Positions 8,700 to 20,224 of a DNA stretch of 47,235 bases are shown in pieces. Where the stretch lies: the NCBI GenBank assembly GCA_964502115.1, contig CAZCVH010000001.1, positions 1 through 47,235 of the forward strand. The letters run 5' to 3'. The position numbers were made by a program, and so were the translations under genes. This DNA is from an uncultured Geminicoccaceae bacterium. Lineage in GTDB: Bacteria; Pseudomonadota; Alphaproteobacteria; Geminicoccales; Geminicoccaceae. The notes under the pieces were generated by a model. It was not told the DNA's origin and did no database searches. It worked only from the letters and a program-made list of their open reading frames with translations. Positions within the stretch are counted from its first letter, which is position 1, and the number at the start of each line of letters is the position of its first letter.

Positions 8700-8705
8700 C
8701 GACCG

Positions 8706-9977
<1,272 letters not shown>

Positions 9978-10079
9978 GCAGTCGGATACCCTCGTCGAAA
10001 CCAGGCAATTAAGGTAGCGACGACCGCGAGACGGAACAACCCCGCCCCGCGCGCCGCGATGCGGGTGCCGACGGCGGGG

Positions 10080-10691
10080 TCAGCCCTCCGCCGTCGGCTT
10101 CGTCGGCCGTTGCTCGACGACCTTGTCGACGAGGCCGAACTCCTTGGCCTGCTCGGCACTCATGAACCGATCGCGTTCGACCGCATCCTCGATCACGTCG
10201 ATCGGCTGGCCGGTGTGCCGAACGTAGATCTCGTTCAGCCGCCGGCGCATCTCGAGGATCTCCTTGGCGTGGATTTCGATGTCGGAGGCCTGACCCTGGA
10301 AGCCACCCGAGGGCTGATGCACCATCACGCGCGCGTGCGGCAGGCAATGGCGCTTGCCGGCCGCTCCGGCGGCCAAGAGGAGCGAGCCCATGCTCGCCGC
10401 CTGGCCGATGCAGAAGGTGGCGACCTCCGGCTTGATCAGCTGCATCGTGTCGTAGATGGCGAGCCCCGACGTCACCACGCCACCCGGCGAGTTGATGTAG
10501 AAGGCGATGTCCTTGTCCGGGTTGTCGGCCTCGAGGAACAGCAGTTGGGCGCAGACGAGGGCCGCGATCTGGTCCTCGACCACACCGGTGAGAAAGACGA
10601 TGCGCTCCTTGAGCATCCGCGAGAAGATGTCGTAGGAGCGCTCGCCGCGGCTCGTCTGCTCGACGACCATCGGCACGAGTTGGGCATGCAT
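10080..10691 (-). CDS. clpP: ATP-dependent Clp protease proteolytic subunit
   Basis: 203 aa with [15 protein letters not shown]-type N-terminus, active-site region GQAASMGS, and MVHQPSGG. Confidence 0.98.
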   Translation of the reverse strand: MHAQLVPMVVEQTSRGERSYDIFSRMLKERIVFLTGVVEDQIAALVCAQLLFLEADNPDKDIAFYINSPGGVVTSGLAIYDTMQLIKPEVATFCIGQAASMGSLLLAAGAAGKRHCLPHARVMVHQPSGGFQGQASDIEIHAKEILEMRRRLNEIYVRHTGQPIDVIEDAVERDRFMSAEQAKEFGLVDKVVEQRPTKPTAEG

Positions 10692-10714
10692 GGCGGGCTC
10701 TCCGCGCGTCGGTC

Positions 10715-12070
10715 TCAGGTGGTGGTGGCGGCGTCGGCGCCGGCGGCGTCCTCCTCGGGATCCCGCATCAACTCCTCCGCACTGACCTCGTTGGTGGTCA
10801 CCGGCGCGATCTGCAGGATGAAATCGACGACCTTGTCCTCGAACACCGGTGCGCGCAGCTGCTCGCGGGCCTCGGTGTTCTGTTGGAAGAACTCGAAGAC
10901 CTCCTTCTCCTGGCCGGGATAGCGCCGGGCCTGATCGGCGACGGCGCGGGCCAACTCCTCCGGCGTTACCTGGACGTCGTTGGCGTTGCCGATCTCGGAG
11001 AGAAGCAATCCAAGGCGGACGCGGCGCTCGGCGATGCCGCGGTATTCCGCCTTGGTCTCCTCCTCGGTCTTGCCGCTGTCCTCGAAGGTCTGGCCAAGGC
11101 GTTCCATCTCGTCGGTCAACTGTTTCCAGATCGCGTCGAACTCCAGGTCGACCATGCCGTTCGGCACCTCGAAGACATAGGTCTCCGCCAGCTTGTCGAG
11201 AAGGGCACGCTTGGCCTTGAACCGCGACGCCTGGTCGTAGCGTTCCTGCAGGCGCGAGCGAAAGGCCTCGGTCAACTCGGCGGCGTCGGCGAAGCCGATG
11301 GACTCGGCGAAGCCGTCGTCGAGGTCGGGCAGCTCGGGCTCCTCCACCGCCTTGACCTCGACGTCGAAGGTCGCGGTCCTACCGGCGAGCTCCGCCTTGC
11401 CGTAGCCTTCGGGGAAGCTGATCTCGAGCGTCGGGGTGTCGCCCACCTGAACGCCGACGAGCTGATCCTCGAAGCCCGGAATCATCCGGCCGCGGCCGAG
11501 CTCCAGCTGAAAGCCCTCGGCGCTGCCGCCCTCGAAGGGCTCACCGTCGATCTTGCCGACGAAGTCGATCGTGACCCGGTCGCCCTCCTGCGCCGGCCGC
11601 GGCGTCTCCGGCGCGGCGAAGGCGGCGTGCTGGCGGCGGAAGTCGTCGAGCGCGCGATGCAGCTCGTCCTCGCCGACCTTGGCCACCGGCTTTTCGATCT
11701 CGAGCGATTTGAGGTCGACCTCCGGCACCGGCGGCAGTATCTCGACGTCCATCTGGAACTCGAGGTCCTGGCCCTCGTCGAAGCTGGTGACCTCGATCTG
11801 CGGCTTGAGCGCCGGCTTGAGCTCGTGATCGGCGATCGCCTTCTGCGAGCCTTCGTTGACGCTCTGCTCGACGATCTCGCCGAGGACCGAACGGCCGTAC
11901 TGCTTCTTCAAAAGCCCCAGCGGCACCTTGCCCGGGCGAAAGCCGGGCATGCGCACCGTCTGCTTGATCTCCTCGAGCTTTCCGTTGACGCGTTCCTCGA
12001 GCTCGGCGGCGGGCACGACGACCTTGTACTGTCGCTTGAGACCGTCGGCGGAAAGCTCCGTCACCTGCAT
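10715..12070 (-). CDS. tig: Trigger factor
   Basis: [25 protein letters not shown]...[10 protein letters not shown] (ribosome-binding and PPIase domains). The start ATG at 12070 was found by codon count and is preceded by GAGAGAAGG. The upstream part of the track ORF runs through the tRNA gene. Confidence 0.95.
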   Translation of the reverse strand: MQVTELSADGLKRQYKVVVPAAELEERVNGKLEEIKQTVRMPGFRPGKVPLGLLKKQYGRSVLGEIVEQSVNEGSQKAIADHELKPALKPQIEVTSFDEGQDLEFQMDVEILPPVPEVDLKSLEIEKPVAKVGEDELHRALDDFRRQHAAFAAPETPRPAQEGDRVTIDFVGKIDGEPFEGGSAEGFQLELGRGRMIPGFEDQLVGVQVGDTPTLEISFPEGYGKAELAGRTATFDVEVKAVEEPELPDLDDGFAESIGFADAAELTEAFRSRLQERYDQASRFKAKRALLDKLAETYVFEVPNGMVDLEFDAIWKQLTDEMERLGQTFEDSGKTEEETKAEYRGIAERRVRLGLLLSEIGNANDVQVTPEELARAVADQARRYPGQEKEVFEFFQQNTEAREQLRAPVFEDKVVDFILQIAPVTTNEVSAEELMRDPEEDAAGADAATTT

Positions 12071-12150
12071 CGATACGCCTTCTCTCGATGATCGTTCGCC
12101 GCGGCGCACGCCGGGTCCGCAGCCACCATGCCATGCCGGCCGGCGCCGGC

Positions 12151-12235
12151 TGGTGCGGGCGGAGGGACTCGAACCCCCACGGCCGAAGCCACGGGAACCT
12201 AAATCCCGCGCGTCTACCGGTTCCGCCACGCCCGC
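12151..12235 (-). tRNA. tRNA-Leu (anticodon UAG), type II with long variable arm, CCA encoded
   Basis: The minus-strand sequence is GCGGGCGTGGCGGAACCGGTAGACGCGCGGGATTTAGGTTCCCGTGGCTTCGGCCGTGGGGGTTCGAGTCCCTCCGCCCGCACCA. It folds into a 7-bp acceptor stem (GCGGGCG/CGCCCGC), an anticodon stem CGGGA/TCCCG with loop TTTAGGT, a variable-arm hairpin GGC-TTCG-GCC, and a T-loop TTCGAGT. Confidence 0.95.
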
Positions 12236-12396
12236 GACCCGCCCCCTCCCATCGGTGCCGGGTCGCGGGGTGATAGCAAGGCGGCGCGCGGCGGCCAACA
12301 AAAACCGCGCCGGCGCCGGCGCCGCCCGTGGCCGCGGTTTGCGGCCCGCCGGCGAGCGGCTAGAAGGCGCCGAACCGCGCCCCGGGAGAGACCGCG

Positions 12397-13353
12397 ATGA
12401 CGTTCGTGCTGTTGGCCTCCGGCCTCGTGCTGTTGCTCGCCGGCGGCGAGGCGCTGGTGCGCGGCGCCGTCGCGGTGGCCCACCGCCTGGGCATGTCGCC
12501 GGTGGTCGCCGGGCTGGTCATCGTCGGCTTCGGCACCTCCAGCCCCGAACTGGTGACCAGTCTGACCGCGGCGCTCTCGAACGCGCCGGCGCTCGCCGTC
12601 GGCAACGTCGTCGGCTCCAACATCTGCAACATCCTGCTCATCCTGGGCGTGACCGCCGCGCTCTTTCCGGTCGAGATCGACCGTCGCGCCTTCGTCCGCG
12701 ACGGCGGCGTGCTCGCGGGCGCGACCGCGCTCGCCGTCGCCGTGGTGCTGGTCGGCACGGTGGCGCGACCGGTGGGCCTCGCGCTCGTCGCCGCCGTCGT
12801 CGCCTACGTCGTCTACACCTATCTCGCGGAGCGCCGGGCCCACTCCCCGGCGGAAGTCGTCTACAGCGAGGAGGCCGAGCTCAAGTCGGGCCCGACACTC
12901 GGGCTGTGGGCCGGGCTCGGCGTCGCGCTCGCGGGCGTCGTCGCCGTCGTCGTCGGGGCCGATCTGCTGGTCGACGCCGCCACCACCCTCGCCCGCGCCG
13001 CCGGCGTCTCTGAGGCCGTCATCGGGCTTACCATCGTGGCGCTCGGGACCTCGCTGCCGGAGCTCGCCACCGCCGTCATGGCCGGGCTCAAGCGCCAGAC
13101 CGAGGTCGCCTTCGGCAACGTCGTCGGCTCCAACATCTTCAACATCCTCTTCATCCTCGGCACCACCGCGGTGGTGACCCCCGTCGCCGTGCCGCCCGAG
13201 ATCGTCCGCTTCGACATCTGGGTCATGCTGGCGGCGACCCTCGCCCTCTTCGTGGTCGTCGTCAGCGGCTTTCGCATCACCCGCCGCGAAGGCTTCGCCC
13301 TGTTGGCGGCCTACACCCTCTATATCGGCGTGCTGGCGCGCACGAGCCTCTGA
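12397..13353 (+). CDS. Calcium/sodium (CaCA family, YrbG-like) antiporter
   Basis: 318 aa, multi-TM, with two alpha-repeats: [12 protein letters not shown]...[16 protein letters not shown] and [12 protein letters not shown]...[16 protein letters not shown]. Confidence 0.85.
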   Translation: MTFVLLASGLVLLLAGGEALVRGAVAVAHRLGMSPVVAGLVIVGFGTSSPELVTSLTAALSNAPALAVGNVVGSNICNILLILGVTAALFPVEIDRRAFVRDGGVLAGATALAVAVVLVGTVARPVGLALVAAVVAYVVYTYLAERRAHSPAEVVYSEEAELKSGPTLGLWAGLGVALAGVVAVVVGADLLVDAATTLARAAGVSEAVIGLTIVALGTSLPELATAVMAGLKRQTEVAFGNVVGSNIFNILFILGTTAVVTPVAVPPEIVRFDIWVMLAATLALFVVVVSGFRITRREGFALLAAYTLYIGVLARTSL

Positions 13354-13400
13354 GATCGCCGAGGCTTTGCGCGTCGGCGCGCTCGGTCTACACCGCCGCC

Positions 13401-14945
13401 ATGCACCAGCGCGTCCTCATCCTCGACTTCGGCTCGCAGTACACCCAGCTGATCGCCCGGCGCGTGCGCGAACTCGACGTCTACTGCGAAATCCACCCCT
13501 GGAAGCTCGACGACGCCGCCATCGGCGCCTTCGGCGCCGGCGCGGTCATCCTCTCCGGAGGCCCCGCCTCGACCGTCCTGGCGGACGCGCCGACGGCGCC
13601 TCGCGCCGTCTTCGAGCTCGGCGTGCCCGTCCTCGGCATCTGCTACGGCGAGCAGACGATGTGCGCGCGGCTGGGCGGCCGCACCGAGACGTCCGAGACC
13701 CGCGAGTTCGGCCGGGCCGAGATCACGCTCGGCACGCCCTCGCCGCTGTTCGAGGGCGTCCTCTCGCCGGGCGAGACCGCGGTGGTCTGGATGAGCCATG
13801 GCGACCGCGTCGCCGCGCTCCCGGCGGGCTTTCGCACGCTCGCCACCAGTACCGGCGCACCCTTCGCCGCCGTCGCCGACGAGGAGCGCCGCTTCTACGG
13901 CCTGCAGTTCCACCCCGAGGTCCACCACACCCCGATCGGGCGCGGGCTGTTGGAGAACTTCCTCTTCAAGATCGCGGGCCTCGACGGCGACTGGTCGATG
14001 CGGACCTTCCGCGACGAGGCGATCGCGCGGGTGCGCGCCCAGGTCGGCGCCGGCCGGGTGATCTGCGGGCTTTCGGGCGGGGTCGACAGCTCGGTCACCG
14101 CCAAGCTGCTGCACGAGGCGGTGGGCGAGCAGCTCACCTGCATCTTCGTCGACACCGGCATGCTGCGGGCCCACGAGGCCACCGAGGTCGAAAGCCTCTT
14201 TCGCCGCCATTACAATATCCCGCTCGTCCACGTCGACGCGAGTGCCGCGTTTTTGGGCGAACTCGAAGGCGTCGACGACCCCGAGCACAAGCGCAAGACG
14301 ATCGGACGGCTGTTCATCGACGTCTTCGAGGCGGAGGCGACCAAGCTCGGCGCGGTCGACTTCCTCGCCCAGGGCACGGTCTACCCCGACGTCATCGAGA
14401 GCGCGCGCGCGCACGATGCCGCCGTCACCATCAAGAGCCACCACAATGTCGGCGGCCTGCCCGAGCGGATGCGCCTCGACCTGGTCGAGCCGCTGCGCGA
14501 GCTCTTCAAGGACGAGGTCCGCGCGCTGGGGCGCGAGCTCGGCCTGCCGGCGACGCTGGTCGACCGCCACCCCTTCCCCGGACCGGGCCTGGCCGTGCGC
14601 ATCCTGGGCGAAGTGACGCGCGCGCGTGTGCAGCTCCTGCAGGAGGCCGACCGCATCTTCCTGGAGGAGATCCGCGCCGAGGGGCTCTACGACCGCATCT
14701 GGCAGGCCTTCGCGGTGCTGCTGCCGGTCAACGCGGTGGGTGTCATGGGCGATCGGCGCACCTACGAGAGCGCCTGCGTCTTGCGCGCGGTGACCTCGGT
14801 CGACGGCATGACGGCCGAGGTCTTCGCCTTCGAGACCAGCTTTCTCGGTCGCGTCGCCACCCGCATCGTCAACGAGGTCAAGGGCATCAACCGCGTCACC
14901 TACGACGTGACGTCGAAGCCGCCGGGCACGATCGAGTGGGAGTGA
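13401..14945 (+). CDS. guaA: GMP synthase (glutamine-hydrolysing)
   Basis: GATase domain (GICYGEQ), ATP-pyrophosphatase P-loop SGGVDSSV, and C-terminal ...KPPGTIEWE. Confidence 0.98.
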   Translation: MHQRVLILDFGSQYTQLIARRVRELDVYCEIHPWKLDDAAIGAFGAGAVILSGGPASTVLADAPTAPRAVFELGVPVLGICYGEQTMCARLGGRTETSETREFGRAEITLGTPSPLFEGVLSPGETAVVWMSHGDRVAALPAGFRTLATSTGAPFAAVADEERRFYGLQFHPEVHHTPIGRGLLENFLFKIAGLDGDWSMRTFRDEAIARVRAQVGAGRVICGLSGGVDSSVTAKLLHEAVGEQLTCIFVDTGMLRAHEATEVESLFRRHYNIPLVHVDASAAFLGELEGVDDPEHKRKTIGRLFIDVFEAEATKLGAVDFLAQGTVYPDVIESARAHDAAVTIKSHHNVGGLPERMRLDLVEPLRELFKDEVRALGRELGLPATLVDRHPFPGPGLAVRILGEVTRARVQLLQEADRIFLEEIRAEGLYDRIWQAFAVLLPVNAVGVMGDRRTYESACVLRAVTSVDGMTAEVFAFETSFLGRVATRIVNEVKGINRVTYDVTSKPPGTIEWE

Positions 14946-14949
14946 GGCG

Positions 14950-15534
14950 TCACGCCGACGGCTCGTCGCCCCGCTCGTGATACTCGGCGAGCCCCGGCAC
15001 CAGCTCGTAGCTGGCCTCGATCTCGTGGTGCGGGCCGCCGCTGCTCAGCCAGCTCGAATAGAGGTGGAAGTCGCTCACGGTGGTGGGCGGCAGCTTGATC
15101 AGGTTGTGGCGCTGCAGATAGGCCTGCAGGCGGTGTTCGGGGGGCGGTGCCCGGAAGCGGGCGACGGTGACGTGCGGGGTGAACTTGCGCTTGTCGAGCT
15201 TGACGCCGACGTCGCCGAGGGCGCGGGCGACCCGCCGCTGCAGCCGCGCGAGCTCGGGCTCCGGCTTGACGCCGACCCAGAGCTGGCGGATCGGGCCGCG
15301 CGGCGGGAAGTGGCCGAGCCCCTGCAGCTCCAGCGGGAAGGGGCGGGTGTGGACGTGGCTCAACGCCTCCATCGCGTCCTTGAAGACGCCGTTGTCGACC
15401 TCGCCGACGAAGGCGAGCGTGACGTGCATGGTGTCGGGGTCGGCCCAGCGGACCTCCGGCAGACCACGCTGGATCGCCTCGATCGCGTCCTTGTGGTAAC
15501 GGGGCAGATCGAGGGCGACGAACAGCCGGTGCAT
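14950..15534 (-). CDS. thpR: RNA 2',3'-cyclic phosphodiesterase (2H phosphoesterase, ThpR/LigT)
   Basis: MHRLFVALDLP..., with two H-x-T-x motifs (HVTL and HVTV). The start ATG at 15534 is preceded by AAGGAGG. The track ORF continues further upstream. Confidence 0.85.
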   Translation of the reverse strand: MHRLFVALDLPRYHKDAIEAIQRGLPEVRWADPDTMHVTLAFVGEVDNGVFKDAMEALSHVHTRPFPLELQGLGHFPPRGPIRQLWVGVKPEPELARLQRRVARALGDVGVKLDKRKFTPHVTVARFRAPPPEHRLQAYLQRHNLIKLPPTTVSDFHLYSSWLSSGGPHHEIEASYELVPGLAEYHERGDEPSA

Positions 15535-15676
15535 GGGGCCCTCCTTGCGGCCGTGGCCCGGCGAAGGGCGCTTCGCGCGAACCTTGTCAATCGGCGACGC
15601 CTTTCCTAACAACCGTGCGGTGACCTGTCCAAGCCCGCTCGGCGGAGGTCGCCACGCCAACCCCGGAGTGTCCCCT

Positions 15677-16354
15677 TTGGCCCGCGAGAACGAAGGTTTC
15701 GCCCGCGAAGTCGACGAGGAGCTGCGCGTCGACCGGCTGACGGCGTGGTGGCGCCGCTGGCGCTGGGCGATCATCGCCGGTGCGCTCGCCATCGTGGTCG
15801 GCACCGCGGCTTCCGTGGGCTGGGACGCTTGGCGCGAGCGCGTGCGCACCGCCGACGCGCGGGCCTTCGATCAAGCCTTGCAGCAGCACGACGGCGCCGC
15901 GCCCACCGCCGATGCCCTCGCCGGGATGGCGGGCGACGCCGCGACCGGCTACGCCGCGGTGGCCCGCCTCACCGCGGCGCAGCTTTACGCCAACGCCGGC
16001 CAGTCCGACCGCGCCCGCGACATGCTCGAAGCCGTCGCCGCCGATTCCGGTGTGCCGGCGCGCTACCGCGATCTGGCGCGGCTGTTGGACATCGCCGCGT
16101 CCTTCGACGCCACCGGCCCCGACGCCGTCATCGCCGAGCTCCAGCCCCTCACCGAGGCCGGGGCACCGTGGCGCCACAGCGCGCGTGAACTGCTCGCCGC
16201 GGCGCAGCTCGAGGCGGGCGACCGCGCGGACGCCCGCGTGACGCTCGACGAATTGGTCGCGGATGACCAGACCCCTCAGTCCATGCGCGGGCGCGCCCGC
16301 GCGCTCCTGGCCGAGCTCGGCGGCCCGCCGGCGGCGGAGAGCGGCGGAAGTTGA
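15677..16354 (+). CDS. YfgM-like single-pass membrane protein with TPR-like periplasmic domain
   Basis: N-terminus ...ENEGFAREVDEELRVDRLTAWWRRWRW, followed by a TM helix (AIIAGALAIVVGTAA) and an Ala-rich helical domain. It sits directly upstream of bamB-der, as yfgM does in E. coli. The start is uncertain: TTG 15677 follows GGAG; GTG 15668 is also possible. Confidence 0.6.
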   Translation: MARENEGFAREVDEELRVDRLTAWWRRWRWAIIAGALAIVVGTAASVGWDAWRERVRTADARAFDQALQQHDGAAPTADALAGMAGDAATGYAAVARLTAAQLYANAGQSDRARDMLEAVAADSGVPARYRDLARLLDIAASFDATGPDAVIAELQPLTEAGAPWRHSARELLAAAQLEAGDRADARVTLDELVADDQTPQSMRGRARALLAELGGPPAAESGGS

Positions 16355-16359
16355 CCGCG

Positions 16360-17673
16360 ATGCGCCGCCTTTCGGCCCTGCTCCTCGCCACCGCCCTCGC
16401 CGCCTGCGACACCGGTTGGCTGGGCGAAGCCGAGGACCCGCCGCTGCCCGGTGAGCGCCGCGCCGTCCTGACCGCGGAGGAGCGGCTCGAACCCGACCCC
16501 GACCTCGCCGGCACGCCGGTGACCCTGCCCGCCCCCAGCCGCAACGCGTCGTGGCCGCAGCGCGGCGGCGACGCTACCCACCATCTCGGCCATCCCGCCC
16601 TCGCAGACAGCCTCGAGCGCGCCTGGTCGAGCGATCTTGGCACCGGCAACCGCGCCACCAGTCGCATCGTCTCGCCGCCGGTGGTCGACGGCGGGCGGAT
16701 CTTCGCCGCCGACGCCCGCGCCCGCGTCCAGGCCTTCGACCTCCAGAGCGGCGAGCGGCTGTGGCGGCGCGACTTCGAACTCGCCAGCGACCGCCGGCTC
16801 GGCGCCGGGATCGCGGCTTCGGGTGGAGGCGTCTTCATCGCCACCGCCCGCGGCGAGGTGTCGGCCTTGGACGCGGCGAGCGGCGAGGTGGTCTGGTCGA
16901 CCGAACTCGGCGCGCCGGTGCGCGCCGCGCCCACCCTCGCCGGTCGCTTCGTCGTGGTGCTGACCGCCGACAACCAGACCTTCGCCCTCGACGCGGTCAA
17001 CGGCACGGTGGTCTGGACGCATCAGGGCTTCGCCGAACCCTCGGCGCTGTTGGGCGGCCCCTCGCCGGCGGCGACCGGCGGCCTAACGGTGGTGCCGTAC
17101 TCCTCCGGCGAGGTTTTCGGGCTCGTGCTGGAGACCGGCGAGCCGGTCTGGCTCGACGCCGTGCAGCGGCCACGGCGCACCGCCGCCGTCGGCAGCATCG
17201 CCGACATCCAGGCCTCGCCGGTGATCGAGCCCGAGGGCCGGGTCATCGTCGCCGGCCACGGCGGCGAGATCGCCGCGCTGCAGACCGACACCGGCAACCG
17301 GGTCTGGGACCAGCGGCTCGCCGCCAGCGAGATGCCGTGGGTGGCGGGCGGCGAAATCTTCGCTGTGTCGACCCGGGGCGAGGTGGTCAACCTCGATCTC
17401 GCCAGCGGCGGCACCCGCTGGGCGACGCCGCTGCCGCGCTTTCGCGAGCCCGAAGACCCCGAGACCGCGCGGATCTACCACGCCGGGCCGGTGCTGGCGG
17501 GCGGGCGCGTCCTGGTCGTCGGCTCGCTCGGCCAGCTGTGGTCGCTCGATCCCGCTACCGGCGAGCGCCTCGCCACCACCGCCATCCCGGACGGGGTGAC
17601 GCTGGCGCCCGTCGTCGCCGACGGCCGGCTCATCCTCGTCGACGACGACGGCACGCTCCACGTGTATCAATAG
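16360..17673 (+). CDS. bamB: Outer membrane protein assembly factor BamB (PQQ-like beta-propeller lipoprotein)
   Basis: Lipoprotein signal MRRLSALLLATALAAC (lipobox LAAC) and repeated beta-propeller blades (...G.V.ALDA.SGE..W...). It lies in yfgM-bamB-der synteny. Confidence 0.85.
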   Translation: MRRLSALLLATALAACDTGWLGEAEDPPLPGERRAVLTAEERLEPDPDLAGTPVTLPAPSRNASWPQRGGDATHHLGHPALADSLERAWSSDLGTGNRATSRIVSPPVVDGGRIFAADARARVQAFDLQSGERLWRRDFELASDRRLGAGIAASGGGVFIATARGEVSALDAASGEVVWSTELGAPVRAAPTLAGRFVVVLTADNQTFALDAVNGTVVWTHQGFAEPSALLGGPSPAATGGLTVVPYSSGEVFGLVLETGEPVWLDAVQRPRRTAAVGSIADIQASPVIEPEGRVIVAGHGGEIAALQTDTGNRVWDQRLAASEMPWVAGGEIFAVSTRGEVVNLDLASGGTRWATPLPRFREPEDPETARIYHAGPVLAGGRVLVVGSLGQLWSLDPATGERLATTAIPDGVTLAPVVADGRLILVDDDGTLHVYQ

Positions 17674-17703
17674 CGCCCGTCGCCTCCGCACGAGCCGAAA
17701 CCC

Positions 17704-19065
17704 GTGACCAAGACCGTCGCCATCCTGGGCCGCCCCAACGTCGGCAAGTCGACGCTCTACAACCGCTTGGTCGAGCGCCGCCGCGCCATCGTCGACGACA
17801 CGCCGGGCGTGACCCGCGACCGGCTGGAGGGCGAGGGCCGGCTGTTCGACCTGCAGTTTCGCGTGATCGATACCGCCGGCATGGACGAGGGCGCGCCCGG
17901 CAGCCTGCCGGCGCGACTGAGGGCGCAGAGCGAGGCCGCGCTCGACGACGCTGACGTCGGCATCTTCATGATCGATGCCAAGGCCGGGGTGACCGCGCTC
18001 GACGAGAGCCTGGCGGGGGTGCTGCGCGAGCACGGCAAGCCCGTGATCCTGGTGGCCAACAAGGCCGAGAGCGACGCCGGCGCGCTGGCGCTGGCGGAAG
18101 CGTGGCGCCTGCTGTTGGGCGAGCCGGTCGCGGTCGCCGCGGCCCACGGCCGGGGCATGGACGAGCTCGCCGAGGCGCTGCGCCCGTTGCTGGCTGCGGC
18201 GGGCGAGGGCGAGGCGGACGAGAAGCCCGAGGCCGAGGCAGACAACGAGACGCCGCGCACGCTGCGGCTGGCCATCCTCGGCCGGCCCAACGTCGGCAAG
18301 TCGTCGCTGGTCAACCGGCTGCTCGGCAGCGAGCGGCTGTTGACGGGGCCCGAGCCCGGGCTCACCCGCGACGCCGTCCATCTCGGCTGGGAGCACGCCG
18401 GGCGCCGCTTCGAGCTGGTCGACACCGCCGGGCTCCGCCGCCGCGCCCGCATCGACGCCCGCTCGCTGGAGAAGGTGGCGACCTCGGCGACGATCGAGGC
18501 CCTCAAATACGCCGCGGTCGGTGTGCTGGTGGTCGACGCCACCCAGGCGCTGGAGCGCCAAGATCAGACCATCGCCGACCTGGTCGTCCGCGAGGGCCGC
18601 GCTCTCGTCCTCGCCCTCAACAAGTGGGACCTGGTCGACGAGCCCGAGCCGCTGTTGCGCGAGATCCGCTGGCGTCTCGAGGCGGAGCTCGCCCAGGTCA
18701 AGGGCGTGCCGGCGGTACCGGTCTCGGCGACCACCGGCTACGGCGTCCAGCGCCTGCTGACCACGATCGTCCGCCAGCACGACCGCTGGGCGCAGCGGAT
18801 CGGCACCGGCGAGCTCAACCGCTGGCTGCAGGCGATGCTCGAGCACACCCCGCCGCCGATGGTCAAAGGCCGCCGCATCAAGCTGCGCTACATCACCCAG
18901 CCCAAGGCGCGCCCGCCCACCTTCGCGCTGTTCGGCAACCAGCTCGACCATCTGCCGGAGAGCTATCTGCGCTATCTGGCGGGCGGGCTGCGCGAGCGCT
19001 TCGATTTCCAGGGGGTGCCGATCCGCTGGCGGCTGCGCCAGGGCAAGAACCCTTACGCCGACTGA
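17704..19065 (+). CDS. der: Ribosome-associated GTPase Der (EngA)
   Basis: Two tandem GTPase domains with G1 motifs GRPNVGKST and GRPNVGKSS, DTAG motifs and NKxD motifs (NKAE/NKWD). C-terminal KH-like domain. The start codon is GTG. Confidence 0.95.
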   Translation: MTKTVAILGRPNVGKSTLYNRLVERRRAIVDDTPGVTRDRLEGEGRLFDLQFRVIDTAGMDEGAPGSLPARLRAQSEAALDDADVGIFMIDAKAGVTALDESLAGVLREHGKPVILVANKAESDAGALALAEAWRLLLGEPVAVAAAHGRGMDELAEALRPLLAAAGEGEADEKPEAEADNETPRTLRLAILGRPNVGKSSLVNRLLGSERLLTGPEPGLTRDAVHLGWEHAGRRFELVDTAGLRRRARIDARSLEKVATSATIEALKYAAVGVLVVDATQALERQDQTIADLVVREGRALVLALNKWDLVDEPEPLLREIRWRLEAELAQVKGVPAVPVSATTGYGVQRLLTTIVRQHDRWAQRIGTGELNRWLQAMLEHTPPPMVKGRRIKLRYITQPKARPPTFALFGNQLDHLPESYLRYLAGGLRERFDFQGVPIRWRLRQGKNPYAD

Positions 19066-19085
19066 AGGCGCTAGATCCTCCGCGA

Positions 19086-19117
19086 CCGCACCCCGATGCC
19101 GACGGAGGTGGGTGCGG
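19086..19117 (+). terminator. Possible stem-loop downstream of der (weak terminator candidate)
   Basis: CCGCACCC (19086-19093) pairs with GGGTGCGG (19110-19117) around a 16-nt loop, followed by cggTCTTgcg. There is no real U-tract. Confidence 0.25.
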
Positions 19118-19204
19118 CGGTCTTGCGCCGGCACGCGTTCGGGGTGAGAACGGCGCCGGCCGCGGCCGACCGTGCCGGCCGCATCTCAGGCGCGGAGTGG
19201 TGGA

Positions 19205-20215
19205 TTGAGCGGCTCCTCTTCCACGGTGCTCGTGACGGGTGCCGCCGGCTTCATCGGCTTTCATCTCGCCCGCGCCTTGCTGGACCGCGGCATCCCCGTG
19301 GTCGGCGTCGACAACCTCACGCCCTATTACGATCCGGCGCTGAAGCGTGCCAGGCTCGCCGAACTCGCCGGCGCGGCGGGGTTTCGCTTCGAGCCCTTGG
19401 ATCTCGCCGACCGCGACGCTAGCGCCGCCCTCTTCGCCGAGTTGCGACCGCGGCGGGTGGTCCACCTCGCCGCCCAGGCGGGCGTGCGCTACTCGCTCGA
19501 AGCTCCCTTCGCCTACATCGACGCCAATCTCGTCGGCACCACGAGCGTGCTGGAGGGCTGCCGCCACCACGGCTGCGAACACCTCGTGTTCGCCTCGACC
19601 AGCTCGGTCTACGGCGGCAACACCAAGCTGCCCTTCAAGGAGACCGACCCGGTCGACCATCCGGTGAGCCTCTACGCCGCCACCAAGCGCGCGAACGAGC
19701 TGATGGCGCACACCTACGCCCATCTCTACGGCCTGCCCGCCACCGGCCTGCGCTTCTTCACCGTCTACGGGCCCTGGGGCCGGCCGGACATGGCCTATTT
19801 CAGCTTCACCGAGGCCATCCGCGCCGGCCGGCCGATCCGCCTGTTCAACCACGGCGCCATGCGGCGCGATTTCACTTATGTCGACGACGTCGTCGAAGCG
19901 ATGGTGCGGCTGATCGACGTGCCGCCGGCTCCGGCCGACCGCGCCGCGCCCGACCGCTCCACGGCGCCCTTTCGCCTCTACAATATCGGCAACCACACGC
20001 CCGTGCCGCTGCGCGACTTCCTCGCCGTCCTGGAGCATCTTCTCGGGGCGCGCGCGATCGTCGAAGAGGCGCCGATGCAGCCGGGCGACGTCGAAGCCAC
20101 CTTCGCCGACGTCGACGCCCTGCGCGACGCCGTGGGCTTCGCGCCGACGACGTCGCTCGAAGACGGCCTCGCGCGCTTCGTCGCCTGGTACGACGCCTGG
20201 TCCACCGGGCGCTGA
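19205..20215 (+). CDS. NAD-dependent epimerase/dehydratase (UDP-glucuronate 4-epimerase-like SDR)
   Basis: VLVTGAAGFIGFHLARALL...DNL..YYDP.LK, with YAATK catalytic motif. The start is probably TTG 19205, 7 nt after GGAG. The track ORF begins at 19172. Confidence 0.85.
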   Translation: MSGSSSTVLVTGAAGFIGFHLARALLDRGIPVVGVDNLTPYYDPALKRARLAELAGAAGFRFEPLDLADRDASAALFAELRPRRVVHLAAQAGVRYSLEAPFAYIDANLVGTTSVLEGCRHHGCEHLVFASTSSVYGGNTKLPFKETDPVDHPVSLYAATKRANELMAHTYAHLYGLPATGLRFFTVYGPWGRPDMAYFSFTEAIRAGRPIRLFNHGAMRRDFTYVDDVVEAMVRLIDVPPAPADRAAPDRSTAPFRLYNIGNHTPVPLRDFLAVLEHLLGARAIVEEAPMQPGDVEATFADVDALRDAVGFAPTTSLEDGLARFVAWYDAWSTGR

Positions 20216-20224
20216 GCGCGCGGC

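Noticed and set aside
9978-10079. A GC-rich inverted repeat (CCCCGCC...GGCGGGG) in the clpP-clpX spacer, considered as an attenuator.
   Set aside because: The stem is short with a long irregular interior and no U-tract. Such pairings arise easily in sequence this GC-rich, so I cannot support it from sequence alone.
12071-12301. An upstream extension of the trigger-factor ORF, and the small plus-strand ORF 12088..12273.
   Set aside because: Both read straight through the tRNA-Leu gene (12151-12235). Trigger factor has a canonical N-terminus and an RBS at 12070.
12151-12396. tRNA-Leu as a possible integration hotspot for a genomic island. An AAACCGCG...CGCGGTTT inverted repeat lies in the adjacent spacer.
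   Set aside because: I saw no integrase, no partial tRNA direct repeat and no compositional shift on either side. The neighbours are core genes (tig, a CaCA antiporter, guaA). The inverted repeat sits upstream of the tRNA, not at the end of any transcript.
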